Source of the DNA: a candidate division WWE3 bacterium
GTDB taxonomy: Bacteria > Patescibacteriota > WWE3 > 2-01-FULL-39-13
DNA: 64,000 nucleotides
Assembly (NCBI GenBank): GCA_943354835.1
Contig: CALRDH010000001.1
Location: 191,298 to 255,297, forward strand
Reading direction: 5' to 3'
Part shown: piece by piece, positions 47,776-56,168 of the stretch
Layout of the letters: every line of letters begins with the position of its first letter
How positions within the stretch are numbered: the first letter of the stretch is position 1
Translations under genes and position numbers: made by a program
Notes under the pieces: model-generated
The model's input: only the letters and a program-made list of their open reading frames with translations
Databases searched by the model: none
What the model was told of the DNA's origin: nothing

Positions 47776-48930
47776 TTAGTATATGAATCCTGACAGGTTT
47801 TCTTTGTTTATTAATCCAAATTCGCCATTTTCGTATTCGAGCCATTTAGATGGTGTTTTCTTTTTGGTGTCGGAGTATTTTATTTCATATCCAAATAATT
47901 TGCCTTCTCTATCTTCTACAAGATCTATTTCACTTCCGTCATACGTTCGCCAAAAATGTTGTGTTGCGTATATTCTGTGGTATTCCCTAAATTTCATTCG
48001 TTCCGATATCACGAAATTTTCCCATACATGGCCAAGGTCAGTTCTTTTATCGAATGTATTGAAATTATCCAAAATAGCGTTTCTTATACCAACATCGTAG
48101 AAGAATATTTTTTTGCTTGTAGATATTTCCCGACGTTTATTTTTTGAATATGATGGAAGTCTATATATAACAAAGCTTTTCTCAAGCAAGTCCACATATC
48201 TTTCAACAGTTTTTGAATCAATTTTTAGTAAATTAGACAATTCTGTATACGATACTTGTGAGCCGATTTGTAATGCTAATGCTTTTAAGAGGTCATTTAA
48301 AACCTGCGGATTTTTAATCTCCTGAAATTCGAGTATATCTTTAAATAAATAGCTTGACGTAATTTCTTTCAATAACCGTATCTTTTCGTCATCGGAGTCA
48401 GTTTTAATAATTTCTGGATACATTCCAAATCGTAAAAAAGAAGGAATGCTTTTTATAGCGGCAAGCTTGCCTTTGTCTGCAATGTATTCTTCAAAGCTTA
48501 TCGGATAAAGTTGATATGTAAACTTTCTTCCTGTTAAAGGCTCTGATGTGGATTGCAGTAAGTTTATGCTTGAAGATCCTGTCAAAATTATTTGTTTAGT
48601 TTTTTTGTAGTTATCTACAAGAAGTTTTATTGTGATGCCAATGTTAGGCACTCTTTGAGCCTCGTCAATTAGTACTATTTCGTTGTCACCAATAATTCCG
48701 TCGAGTTGTGTGAAATCTTTATTTCTTAGTACGTCTATGTCGGTGGAGTCATCTGCATTAAGCCTTAGAATTTTTTTGTTTTTGTATGTTGTGTTGAGTT
48801 GATCAAGTAATGTTGTTTTCCCGACTTGCCTTGCTCCGACTATAATAATCACCTTGCCTTTAAAGAAATCTTTAATTATAAGTGGTTCTTGAAGCCTTTT
48901 TATGTCAGCCATAATAAATTTATACCACAA
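47776..48930 (-). CDS. AAA+ ATPase with C-terminal DUF4143 (COG1373-type)
   Basis: Walker A GARQVGKTT, Walker B VLIDEAQ, and a C-terminal DUF4143-like region; 384 aa. Confidence 0.75.
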   Translation of the reverse strand: MWYKFIMADIKRLQEPLIIKDFFKGKVIIIVGARQVGKTTLLDQLNTTYKNKKILRLNADDSTDIDVLRNKDFTQLDGIIGDNEIVLIDEAQRVPNIGITIKLLVDNYKKTKQIILTGSSSINLLQSTSEPLTGRKFTYQLYPISFEEYIADKGKLAAIKSIPSFLRFGMYPEIIKTDSDDEKIRLLKEITSSYLFKDILEFQEIKNPQVLNDLLKALALQIGSQVSYTELSNLLKIDSKTVERYVDLLEKSFVIYRLPSYSKNKRREISTSKKIFFYDVGIRNAILDNFNTFDKRTDLGHVWENFVISERMKFREYHRIYATQHFWRTYDGSEIDLVEDREGKLFGYEIKYSDTKKKTPSKWLEYENGEFGLINKENLSGFIY

Positions 48931-48935
48931 ATTAC

Positions 48936-48969
48936 GCGTAAATCAAGGATTACGATCCTTGGTTTACGC
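48936..48969. promoter_or_regulatory. Inverted repeat with 14-bp arms GCGTAAATCAAGGA/TCCTTGGTTTACGC (6-bp spacer) abutting the -10 region of the DUF4143 ATPase gene; putative operator
   Basis: Perfect complement with one G-T position; a TATAAAT lies between the IR and the ATG on the minus strand. Confidence 0.4.
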
Positions 48970-49261
48970 ATAGTATAAAACATTATTTTGCGGTTAAGAA
49001 ACAATAGTGAGTAGTGTGGTGGGGTAAGTTACATTTCGTCTTGTGAGACTAAGTTCGGAATGTAAATAAATTCATTCTGCTTCTCAAAAAAAGTTCTAAC
49101 GTCGTACACAGTGCGGAGCCAAAATATCCATAACGTTTCTTGTTTCTGCCCTGAATAAAATTTTTGATACTACTTGGCTGGGAAGGCTCCTTTTCTTCAA
49201 TATTTTGAATTATTCCGTTGTATATATCTTCTTCACTTCCTGTAGTCTTTTCACTAACCTT

Positions 49262-49443
49262 ACGTAAGCAAGGAAAATGCAAATAGTCGTGAATATACTA
49301 ATACTGTTGTTTTTGATATATCCGGAAGTCACAAAGACATTGCGGATCAAATTGCTCAAATACTTGGTGGTTCAGTTGTAAGTCAAATGCCATCTGGAGA
49401 AAATAAACCAGATGCAGATATTTTGATTATTGCTGGTAAGTAA
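49262..49443 (+). pseudogene. Possible frameshifted small LytR_C-domain gene: a TM-like ORF from the ATG at 49277 in one frame and a LytR_C-like ORF in the +2 frame
   Basis: One frame reads MQIVVNILILLFLIYPEV... from 49277; the +2 frame reads ...NTVVFDISGSHKDIADQIAQILGGSVVSQMPSGENKPDADILIIAGK* with no start codon. The latter resembles the LytR_C domain seen at 60423..61646. Confidence 0.25.
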
Positions 49444-50116
49444 ATTCTCCGTAGATTATAACTTTTGTTCCTTTGTCTTCATCTGATGCTTTTACTGTTC
49501 GTTTGTCTCCCATTTCTGGCGTTGTCCATGCGAATAACTTTTCTGCATCTTCATTTCTCATGTTAAGGCATCCGTGGCTTTGTGGTGTTCCAAATTTGTC
49601 GTGCCAGTATGTTCCGTGAAAGCTAAAGCCTTTTGACCAAGGGATTTCATCATTTCCGAAAAATTGTACAAATTGAACATTGGGAAGATAGTAGTAAGTG
49701 TGAAGCGCTTTACTTCCGCCAGACATTTTTTGTGAAGTTGTTTTATATGCAATAGTGAATTCTCCAGTTGGAGTTTTGCCCCATTTCCCAGACGAAATTA
49801 AAAATTCCATAACTTTTTCATCGCCCTCAAATGCGTATACCATTTGTTTTGATAAATCTACTTCGATGTGTTTTTCAACGGTTGAATCTGATTCACTGTC
49901 TCCTAATACCTGACTTTCAGATGATGCAAAATCGGATGATATAACTTTTTTCCCAAGAAACTCTCCAACTTGATTTTTAGTATCGTAAGTGCCCAAGGAG
50001 TTTAAATTATCTGATGTTGGTTCCCATTGATTTGTAAAGTAATAGGGTAAAACATTTATATAAAGATAGGAGGCGATGGCCAAAGTCAAAAATCCTAACA
50101 GCTTCTTACTGGGCAT
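49427..50116 (-). CDS. L,D-transpeptidase (YkuD-domain) with N-terminal signal/anchor
   Basis: Catalytic motif ...PQSHGCLNMRNEDAEKLFAW (H-G-C) within a YkuD-like domain. Confidence 0.7.
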   Translation of the reverse strand: MPSKKLLGFLTLAIASYLYINVLPYYFTNQWEPTSDNLNSLGTYDTKNQVGEFLGKKVISSDFASSESQVLGDSESDSTVEKHIEVDLSKQMVYAFEGDEKVMEFLISSGKWGKTPTGEFTIAYKTTSQKMSGGSKALHTYYYLPNVQFVQFFGNDEIPWSKGFSFHGTYWHDKFGTPQSHGCLNMRNEDAEKLFAWTTPEMGDKRTVKASDEDKGTKVIIYGEFTYQQ

Positions 50117-50178
50117 AAATCTATCTTAGTTAGAATTAGTAATTTGCACAAGTTCCTTTATTAAAGTAAGGTTAGTTT

Positions 50179-51102
50179 ATGAAATTGTTAAAACTGCTCA
50201 CTTCATTTTTGTTTATTCTTTTGTTAACTTTATACGCCTTTGCTCCAAACAAGGTTTACGCTTTTAATTTTTTTGGTGCTGTTTTAGGTGATGAGGATCA
50301 AAGTGACGGCAAAGATGAGGACGAGAATGAGAATGAGGATGAAAAAGATGATGAGGACCAAGAAGATGAAGACGACGAGGAAAAAGAAGAAGAGGAGAAG
50401 GAAGAAGAAGAGAATAAAGAAACTAGAACAACGACGGTGAATTCTGATGGCACAAGAACGGTTGTTAAAAGAAAGGTTGAGGATAATGGAAAGATCGAGA
50501 TCGAATCAAAGACGTATAGCATTAGTGGAAAGGTTATCGAGGAACAAAAAATAAAAAGTGGCGATAATGAAATTGAAGCTGAATTTAAAGGGATTTCTGA
50601 AGTAAAGTTTAAATCGAAAAATGGCGATGATTTTAAGTTGATGATTAAAGATGAGAATAAGATTCTTACGAAGGTTGTATATGATTCTGTTGAAAACAAC
50701 ATGCGTGTTGTAGGAAAGCCTGAAGATGAAAGTGATGATGTTTTAATTCGCGAAGAAAAAGACGGCACATATGAAATTGAAAAAGATGGCGAAAAGATGC
50801 AGGTTTTGTTGCCACTAACTGTTGATGATTCTGATGGAACTATTTCTGTTTTAACGGATTCTGGCGAGAAAACTTTGACGAATTTTCCAGATGAGCTTTT
50901 GAAAAAGGCTAAATCAACGGTCAAAGTAAAAGAAAAAGACGGCAAAGTTATATATGAACTTAGCGAAGAAAAAGCAGAAAAATTATTAGGGCTTTTTCAA
51001 ACAAATATCGCAAGCCTTGTTACATACGACGCTGAAACCGGAAACGAAATCGAAAGCCAACAAGACTTTTGGAACAAAATGATCGATGCGATTAGCTTCT
51101 GA
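50179..51102 (+). CDS. Secreted protein with long acidic (D/E-rich) low-complexity region
   Basis: Signal peptide, then DEDQSDGKDEDENENEDEKDDEDQEDEDDEEKEEEEKEEEENKE, then a beta-rich domain. Confidence 0.4.
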   Translation: MKLLKLLTSFLFILLLTLYAFAPNKVYAFNFFGAVLGDEDQSDGKDEDENENEDEKDDEDQEDEDDEEKEEEEKEEEENKETRTTTVNSDGTRTVVKRKVEDNGKIEIESKTYSISGKVIEEQKIKSGDNEIEAEFKGISEVKFKSKNGDDFKLMIKDENKILTKVVYDSVENNMRVVGKPEDESDDVLIREEKDGTYEIEKDGEKMQVLLPLTVDDSDGTISVLTDSGEKTLTNFPDELLKKAKSTVKVKEKDGKVIYELSEEKAEKLLGLFQTNIASLVTYDAETGNEIESQQDFWNKMIDAISF

Positions 51103-51113
51103 TACAATAGGTA

Positions 51114-52004
51114 TTGATGAAACTCGAAAAAAGACTTATTTCAACTAATTTTGTTAAGACTCCGACTAAAAAGTATGGGATTTGTATTCACACTATGGTG
51201 GGAACTCTTTCTGGTACCGATTCTTTTTTTAGAAATCCAGCAGCTAAGGTTAGTTCACATTATGGTGTAGATTTAACGACAGATTCTGTTTATCAATGGG
51301 TAGAGGAGGGAAATATTGCGTGGGCGCAAGGGCGTATTAGCGGTCCGACAAATAAGCTTGTTTTAGATAAGGGTGGAGATCCAAACGAGTATTTTATTTC
51401 TATCGAATGTGCTGATAGTAGAAATCCTGCTGGGGCTGATAGATCATTGCAAACAAAAACAGTTGCAGAGCTTGTTGCTGATATTGTAACTCGAAATAAT
51501 ATTCCTTTAGATCGTGATCATGTTTGTGGACATAGGGAAATTTATGATAAGAAGAGTTGTCCAGGAAATTTAAATATCGATCAGATTGTAGAAATGGCTC
51601 GTGATATAATTTCTGGAATGGCAGATAATTTACTTGATCCAACAAAAGATTTACCAGCATGGTTAGAGGATATGTATGGTCTTAAAGATAAGGCTTGGTA
51701 TGATAAGCGCGGTAATTTCGGAGATGTTGTTAAAAAAGCTGATAGTTTGTATTCCAATGAACAGATTTTAAATAAGAGGATTGAAACTCTTGATAAAAAG
51801 GTTCTTGAATTGAATGCAAAGGTTTTGGAATTGAATAAGAAGTTGAGTGAATCAAGCCCATTACAAGGTGAAGTTGATGCTTTAAAAAGTAAACTTTCAA
51901 AAGCCGAAGCCGAAATTGTAGCTTTAAATAAAAAAATCGCAAATCAAACAAATCCATTTGAGGACTTTATAAAATACCTCGTTAACCTAGTAAAAAGATC
52001 GTAA
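51114..52004 (+). CDS. N-acetylmuramoyl-L-alanine amidase (Amidase_2/PGRP fold) with C-terminal coiled-coil
   Basis: GICIHTMVG...SSHYGVD...ISIECAD...CGHREIYDKKSCPGN carries the zinc ligands (H, H, C) typical of Amidase_2; the C-terminal 80 aa are heptad-rich. Confidence 0.65.
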   Translation: MMKLEKRLISTNFVKTPTKKYGICIHTMVGTLSGTDSFFRNPAAKVSSHYGVDLTTDSVYQWVEEGNIAWAQGRISGPTNKLVLDKGGDPNEYFISIECADSRNPAGADRSLQTKTVAELVADIVTRNNIPLDRDHVCGHREIYDKKSCPGNLNIDQIVEMARDIISGMADNLLDPTKDLPAWLEDMYGLKDKAWYDKRGNFGDVVKKADSLYSNEQILNKRIETLDKKVLELNAKVLELNKKLSESSPLQGEVDALKSKLSKAEAEIVALNKKIANQTNPFEDFIKYLVNLVKRS

Positions 52005-52226
52005 AAGTCTGAGATTTAATTCCAGGAGTTTCTTTCTTTTTGTAAATAGCTTTTATTTTTTTTATATAAATTTTTGGATAAACCTTTTAGTGATTTTAGT
52101 TTGGTTTTAAGTTTTACGTTAAACTTTCCTGTATTCATATTAAATTTAATAGTACAAAAATATTTCTCTTTTGTCTGCGTAGTAATCTGCGCGATTATCG
52201 CGTGGTACAGATTGAAAAATACCCGC

Positions 52227-52254
52227 TTGCAAATATCCTATAGTTATGTATAAT
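52227..52254 (+). promoter_or_regulatory. Near-consensus sigma-70 promoter (TTGCAA -16 nt- TATAAT) for lipoprotein-like gene B, paralogous to the promoter at 46338
   Basis: -35 at 52227-52232 and -10 at 52249-52254, followed by CCCATTCTGC. A 13-bp palindrome CGCGAT-T-ATCGCG lies about 30 nt upstream. Confidence 0.5.
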
Positions 52255-52421
52255 CATCCCCATTCTGCTCAGGCACATTAAAAAAGTGCCTACTTACTGA
52301 AAGCCACGCTCAAAACCGAAAACTTGTCCCATTACCAAACAGGTGTAGTGAGAGTGACTCTCAGGAGGTAGGCAAAAAAACGTCGAAGTTCAAAAAACAA
52401 ACCCGCAGCTAGGAGCTAACA

Positions 52422-52868
52422 ATGTTAGTTTTCGTTTTGTTGAAGAACATTAAAAAAATCGTAGTTCCGGTTGGTCTTGTAATCATGATGTTGCTACTCG
52501 CAGCATTTGAGTGCACTCCTGAGGAGCCACGGGGGAAAGCCCTCCAGCCGGTCTACGGAACATCGTCGGAACAAGCAGTCGTGCAAAGATTTGTACAAAT
52601 ACGGTCAGCAAAAAGCTGCGAGCCATATTTTGAGGTCGAGATGACATCCCAAGGGGCAAGACACACTTACACAATTGTGAAGAGCCCGGCAGGGTTAGGG
52701 GTTGGTCTTGTCGACGACCCGAATAATTTCAATCTAGTGCGGCTTGATGACGAAGTCGAGATGGAATTCGAAGAAGGTTTCAAAGCCACCTTTGACCCTA
52801 CTCCGGCGTTCAATCCAGAAACCGGCTGTTTTGAGTCACAAGATTTTGCCGTGATTTTTAGACGTTAG
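52422..52868 (+). CDS. GC-rich secreted protein B (signal peptide ending LLAAFEC, lipobox-like)
   Basis: MLVFVLLKNIKKIVVPVGLVIMMLLLAAFEC|TPEEP...; high GC; two Cys in the mature part, including a C-terminal GCFES comparable to KFCFD in protein A. Confidence 0.45.
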   Translation: MLVFVLLKNIKKIVVPVGLVIMMLLLAAFECTPEEPRGKALQPVYGTSSEQAVVQRFVQIRSAKSCEPYFEVEMTSQGARHTYTIVKSPAGLGVGLVDDPNNFNLVRLDDEVEMEFEEGFKATFDPTPAFNPETGCFESQDFAVIFRR

Positions 52869-52871
52869 CCC

Positions 52872-52908
52872 TCCCTCCGCCGTACCGCGGTACTTTTCAA
52901 TTTTTTGT
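52872..52908 (+). terminator. Putative intrinsic terminator (GTACCGCGGTAC palindrome plus T-rich tract) after gene B
   Basis: CCGCCGTACCGCGGTACTTTTCAATTTTTTG begins 3 nt after the stop. Confidence 0.3.
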
Positions 52909-52953
52909 TTTGTGTTTTAGGCTTTTTAACCTATAATATTTCTTGTTTTTATT

Positions 52954-53754
52954 ATGCCCGATAGTACCGAATTGCTAGAATTTAATACTGCTTTGTATGT
53001 TAACCCTAAAGGGTCTGTTTTGGATATTCCTGAATTAAATGACTCAATTGATCGTGTTGCTCCATTTATTGGTAGATGGTACGGAGCTGGCACGAAGGAG
53101 ACTCCAGCGCAGTCGATGGAGCTTGATTTTGGCGGTAGTAATATGGCAGCGGTTACTTTCAAAGATAATGAAGTTGTCGGATATTTAAGTGGCCAACTAT
53201 TTGAGACGGATGGTCTTTTTGGCAATGATCTTACTCAGGTTTTTCGAACATATGGTTTTGTAGTGAATCCAGATTATAGAGGTATGGGAATTGGAGGTGT
53301 TTTATTCGAAAATATTTTAGGACAATGCGATGCATTTTATGGAGATACAAGAAATTTTTCTGTTGTTCGAATTGCAGCAAAATTAGCACAAGAACGTGGT
53401 GATTACCTGCAATTTGGATTTCAAAGATATATCCCTGATTGGGCGGTTCAACACAAACATGAATTTCAACAGCTTATAAGGTCTCTTTGGTACGAAAATT
53501 TAAAATCTGTTGCCGGTTCGGATGGATATCAAATCCCAGAAAAACATTCAAAGAGGCTTTGTTATTCAGCTGAATATGCATATGGACTTTGGCCACAGTA
53601 CACATATGCTCCTGAATGGATAACAACAGGAGAGCAACCAATAAAAGAAGGTGAACTTTTTAATGAAATGTTTGAGTTTTTAAACCAATATCCAGATCTT
53701 TATTCTCCAATGCTCTACGTAAAACGCCCTTGTTTACCGATATTTTTATTCTAA
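52954..53754 (+). CDS. GNAT-family N-acetyltransferase-like protein
   Basis: GFVVNPDYRGMGIGGVLFENILGQ is the GNAT motif A (R/Q-x-x-G-x-G/A). Confidence 0.5.
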   Translation: MPDSTELLEFNTALYVNPKGSVLDIPELNDSIDRVAPFIGRWYGAGTKETPAQSMELDFGGSNMAAVTFKDNEVVGYLSGQLFETDGLFGNDLTQVFRTYGFVVNPDYRGMGIGGVLFENILGQCDAFYGDTRNFSVVRIAAKLAQERGDYLQFGFQRYIPDWAVQHKHEFQQLIRSLWYENLKSVAGSDGYQIPEKHSKRLCYSAEYAYGLWPQYTYAPEWITTGEQPIKEGELFNEMFEFLNQYPDLYSPMLYVKRPCLPIFLF

Positions 53755-54502
53755 GTGCTAGAAGTCCTAGTACAGCTACTGCTGATGATGCGTAGATTGC
53801 TATCATCCATGGTTCTTTTGTGTCTGTTCCGGCTGATATTCCATGTATTAGAAATAGTATGTAAAAGAGAAAGCTTGAGTAGTGAATTTTTCTCCATATT
53901 TTTGTGTTTAGTATTTTTCCACGCAAATGAGATGTTGTTATAAGAATTAAAGCCAAGTATAAAGCGATTACTCCAATTGCAATCGGAAGGCTTATATTTA
54001 CTCCTATAGACGATGTTAAATCCCTTTGTAAAAGGAACGGTACAAATATTTCTGCTGGTTGTAAAACAATATACATATCAAACATCAAAGAAATTATGTG
54101 AAACACTAAAAATCCAAATGCTAAATAAGTTGCTGTAAATGAATGAGATTCAAGCGCACTTGCTGGCATAACAAACCTCATAAATTTCAAGCTTAACTTT
54201 GTCGACATAAAAAGTCCCATGCAAATAACAAGCGTAAAAAGCACAAACGAAGTAATCCCGGAAATTCTTGCAAGATACCAAGCGACTGGAATATTAGTTT
54301 CAATTTTATTTGGCCAAATAATCTCCTTTGAATCAGCAACAAGCGGATTAGTTTTATAAATTGTTGTTTCTGCGGAATCTGAAATACCATCTAAATCAGA
54401 ATCCTTTTGATCTATCGCAAACGCATTAGAAGATGCAAAAAGGAAAGAGGCAAATGCAAATAAAATCGTGGTCAGCAAAATCTTAATTTTCTTTCCAAAC
54501 AT
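53660..54502 (-). CDS. Ferric-reductase-like transmembrane protein (MsrQ/YedZ-type, haem-binding His pairs) with N-terminal Ca-binding-like DSDLDGISD motif
   Basis: Signal peptide, DQKDSDLDGISDSAE, then 6 TM helices with conserved His (…VFHIISLMFDMY…, …IHYSSFLFYILFLIHG…) typical of the ferric reductase domain. Confidence 0.4.
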   Translation of the reverse strand: MFGKKIKILLTTILFAFASFLFASSNAFAIDQKDSDLDGISDSAETTIYKTNPLVADSKEIIWPNKIETNIPVAWYLARISGITSFVLFTLVICMGLFMSTKLSLKFMRFVMPASALESHSFTATYLAFGFLVFHIISLMFDMYIVLQPAEIFVPFLLQRDLTSSIGVNISLPIAIGVIALYLALILITTSHLRGKILNTKIWRKIHYSSFLFYILFLIHGISAGTDTKEPWMIAIYASSAVAVLGLLALRIKISVNKGVLRRALENKDLDIGLKTQTFH

Positions 54503-55439
54503 ATTTTTTTGCTTTCGAACTAATGAAAACCTCTTCGCCTTTAGTCATTATAACCGATGCAATATTTTTATCTTTACTAAAATCCTGTGCATTTTTTAAA
54601 CCCATTAACACAAGACATTTCGCATAAACATCAGCTTCAACAACATCACTAGAAACTACAGTTGCTGTAACTATCTCATTTTGAACACTATCCATTTTAA
54701 ACGGATCAATCAAATGATTCTTAGCTTGGCCATTTAAAACCCACTTTCTGCGATTTATTCCAGAAGTACAAATACCCTTATTCCTTACAATTAAAGTTGG
54801 CGTTTCTAAATCTTCAATCCGAATCGCCCAATATGGATAATTATTCAAAGTGTCTTTACCCGACAAGTACATATCACCACCAGCATTCACGCAATAATTA
54901 TCATATTTAATGCTTAAAAATTCAGATACTCTTTTTACAATAAAACTTTTTCCGATGCCTCCTAAATCAATATTTAAATCAATTGGCTTTGAAATTTGTT
55001 TAGATTTTTCATCGACGAGTATTTCATCCATAGAAAAAATCTTGTCGTTTAACATTTGGACATTTTTAGAATAACCAGAATTAATTAACGTGTTAATTAT
55101 CGTTGGATTGAAAAAACCATTTGTTTTTTTATAAAATTTTTTGCATAAAACTAGCATTTCAAAAAGGTCACCGGAGGTTGTAAGATTTGCGGAATTGTTA
55201 AAAACAAAAAGTTCATTATTTTCAATAAACCTACTAAATCTCTTTTCAAAAGATCTAAACATTTCAATACCTTGTTCTAAGTCTTTTTTAATTTCTTTTT
55301 TTGAGAATTTTTCAGACGATGCAAAAAGATAAACATCAGTCGACATTATTTCATTGTGGATTTCGATTTCAGAGTAGTTCAATCGCGTCGTTAATGCCAT
55401 TTTTATTGATATCTTCAAATGGGATATATGAAAAATCAT
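54483..55439 (-). CDS. apbE: FAD:protein FMN transferase (ApbE/Ftp family)
   Basis: IDLGGIGKSFIVKRVSEFL, VNAGGDMYLSG, ICTSGINRRKW...NHLIDPF and ...VVEADVYAKCLVLMG follow the ApbE motif order (DLGGIAKG, GGDI, TSG-Y-R, HIIDP, ADALAT). Confidence 0.65.
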   Translation of the reverse strand: MIFHISHLKISIKMALTTRLNYSEIEIHNEIMSTDVYLFASSEKFSKKEIKKDLEQGIEMFRSFEKRFSRFIENNELFVFNNSANLTTSGDLFEMLVLCKKFYKKTNGFFNPTIINTLINSGYSKNVQMLNDKIFSMDEILVDEKSKQISKPIDLNIDLGGIGKSFIVKRVSEFLSIKYDNYCVNAGGDMYLSGKDTLNNYPYWAIRIEDLETPTLIVRNKGICTSGINRRKWVLNGQAKNHLIDPFKMDSVQNEIVTATVVSSDVVEADVYAKCLVLMGLKNAQDFSKDKNIASVIMTKGEEVFISSKAKKYVWKEN

Positions 55440-55800
55440 CTTCGCCTGGATATCTATCTAAGGCATTTGGAACAGAATCTAAATCATCGTCTGTAAAAAA
55501 ATCCCATTCTGGAGTATTTGGATTTGGGTCAATTGCATCAACCAATTTATCGCCATCAGAATCATTAACAAATTCGAGTGGGAGTACGTCTACGACTTTT
55601 GTAACAATAGGAAGCAAAACCTCTTCATAGACTTCTGGTCTACGTTCATCATCGTCATCTTCTTCCTCCTCCTCGTTTTCTTCTTCGTCATCATCTTCCG
55701 CAAAAATGCTTGTCGGGTTAATAATATTTTGCTTTTCATACGAAAAAAGCATCAGCCCGAGAATTAAAAATATAATTGATAATAACGTTAATTTTTTCAT
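55369..55800 (-). CDS. Secreted acidic protein with DSDGD Ca-binding-like motif
   Basis: Signal peptide; EDDDEEENEEEEEDDDDE tract; DSDGDKLVDAIDPNPN resembles Tsp3/dockerin-type Ca-binding loops. Confidence 0.35.
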   Translation of the reverse strand: MKKLTLLSIIFLILGLMLFSYEKQNIINPTSIFAEDDDEEENEEEEEDDDDERRPEVYEEVLLPIVTKVVDVLPLEFVNDSDGDKLVDAIDPNPNTPEWDFFTDDDLDSVPNALDRYPGEDDFSYIPFEDINKNGINDAIELL

Positions 55801-56168
55801 GATGTTTTTGTAACTGGTTTTGATTGTGGTTTCATAAATTTTTGTGTTTGCTGTGGAAGCGTTACCGTTGTTTTTATAGGAACTGCTCTTTGTGCGATTA
55901 AATCAGGTTGTCTTGCCAAAAGCTGATTATATTGGGTCTGGATTTCAGCCATCTTATCTCGGTTTTGTTTTTGTATCGCTTGAATATTTTCCAAATTCGA
56001 CTTTTGATACAGTGTCCAATTATTAAATGCACCTTCTTTAGCTTGTCTTGAAAGTGCAAGCTTTTCGATTTTTTTAGATCTCTCTGTAAAAAGAACCGCA
56101 AAACTAGAAGATGCGAAAAATACAATTGTAATTACAACCAAAGCGAGTCTTAAAAAAATCTTATTCAT
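55797..56168 (-). CDS. Secreted coiled-coil Q-rich hypothetical protein
   Basis: 123 aa with signal peptide and Q/K-rich helical region; translationally coupled to neighbours. Confidence 0.35.
   Translation of the reverse strand: MNKIFLRLALVVITIVFFASSSFAVLFTERSKKIEKLALSRQAKEGAFNNWTLYQKSNLENIQAIQKQNRDKMAEIQTQYNQLLARQPDLIAQRAVPIKTTVTLPQQTQKFMKPQSKPVTKTS

Noticed and set aside
50290-50420. Short tandem GAT/GAA/GAG-rich repeats that might look like a repeat array
   Set aside because: They are in-frame codons for the acidic D/E low-complexity tract of the secreted protein 50179..51102; there is no repeat-spacer periodicity, so this is not a CRISPR array.
52882-52893. GTACCGCGGTAC as a restriction-site-like palindrome of special significance
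   Set aside because: A single 12-mer palindrome followed by a T-run after a stop codon is adequately explained as a terminator hairpin.
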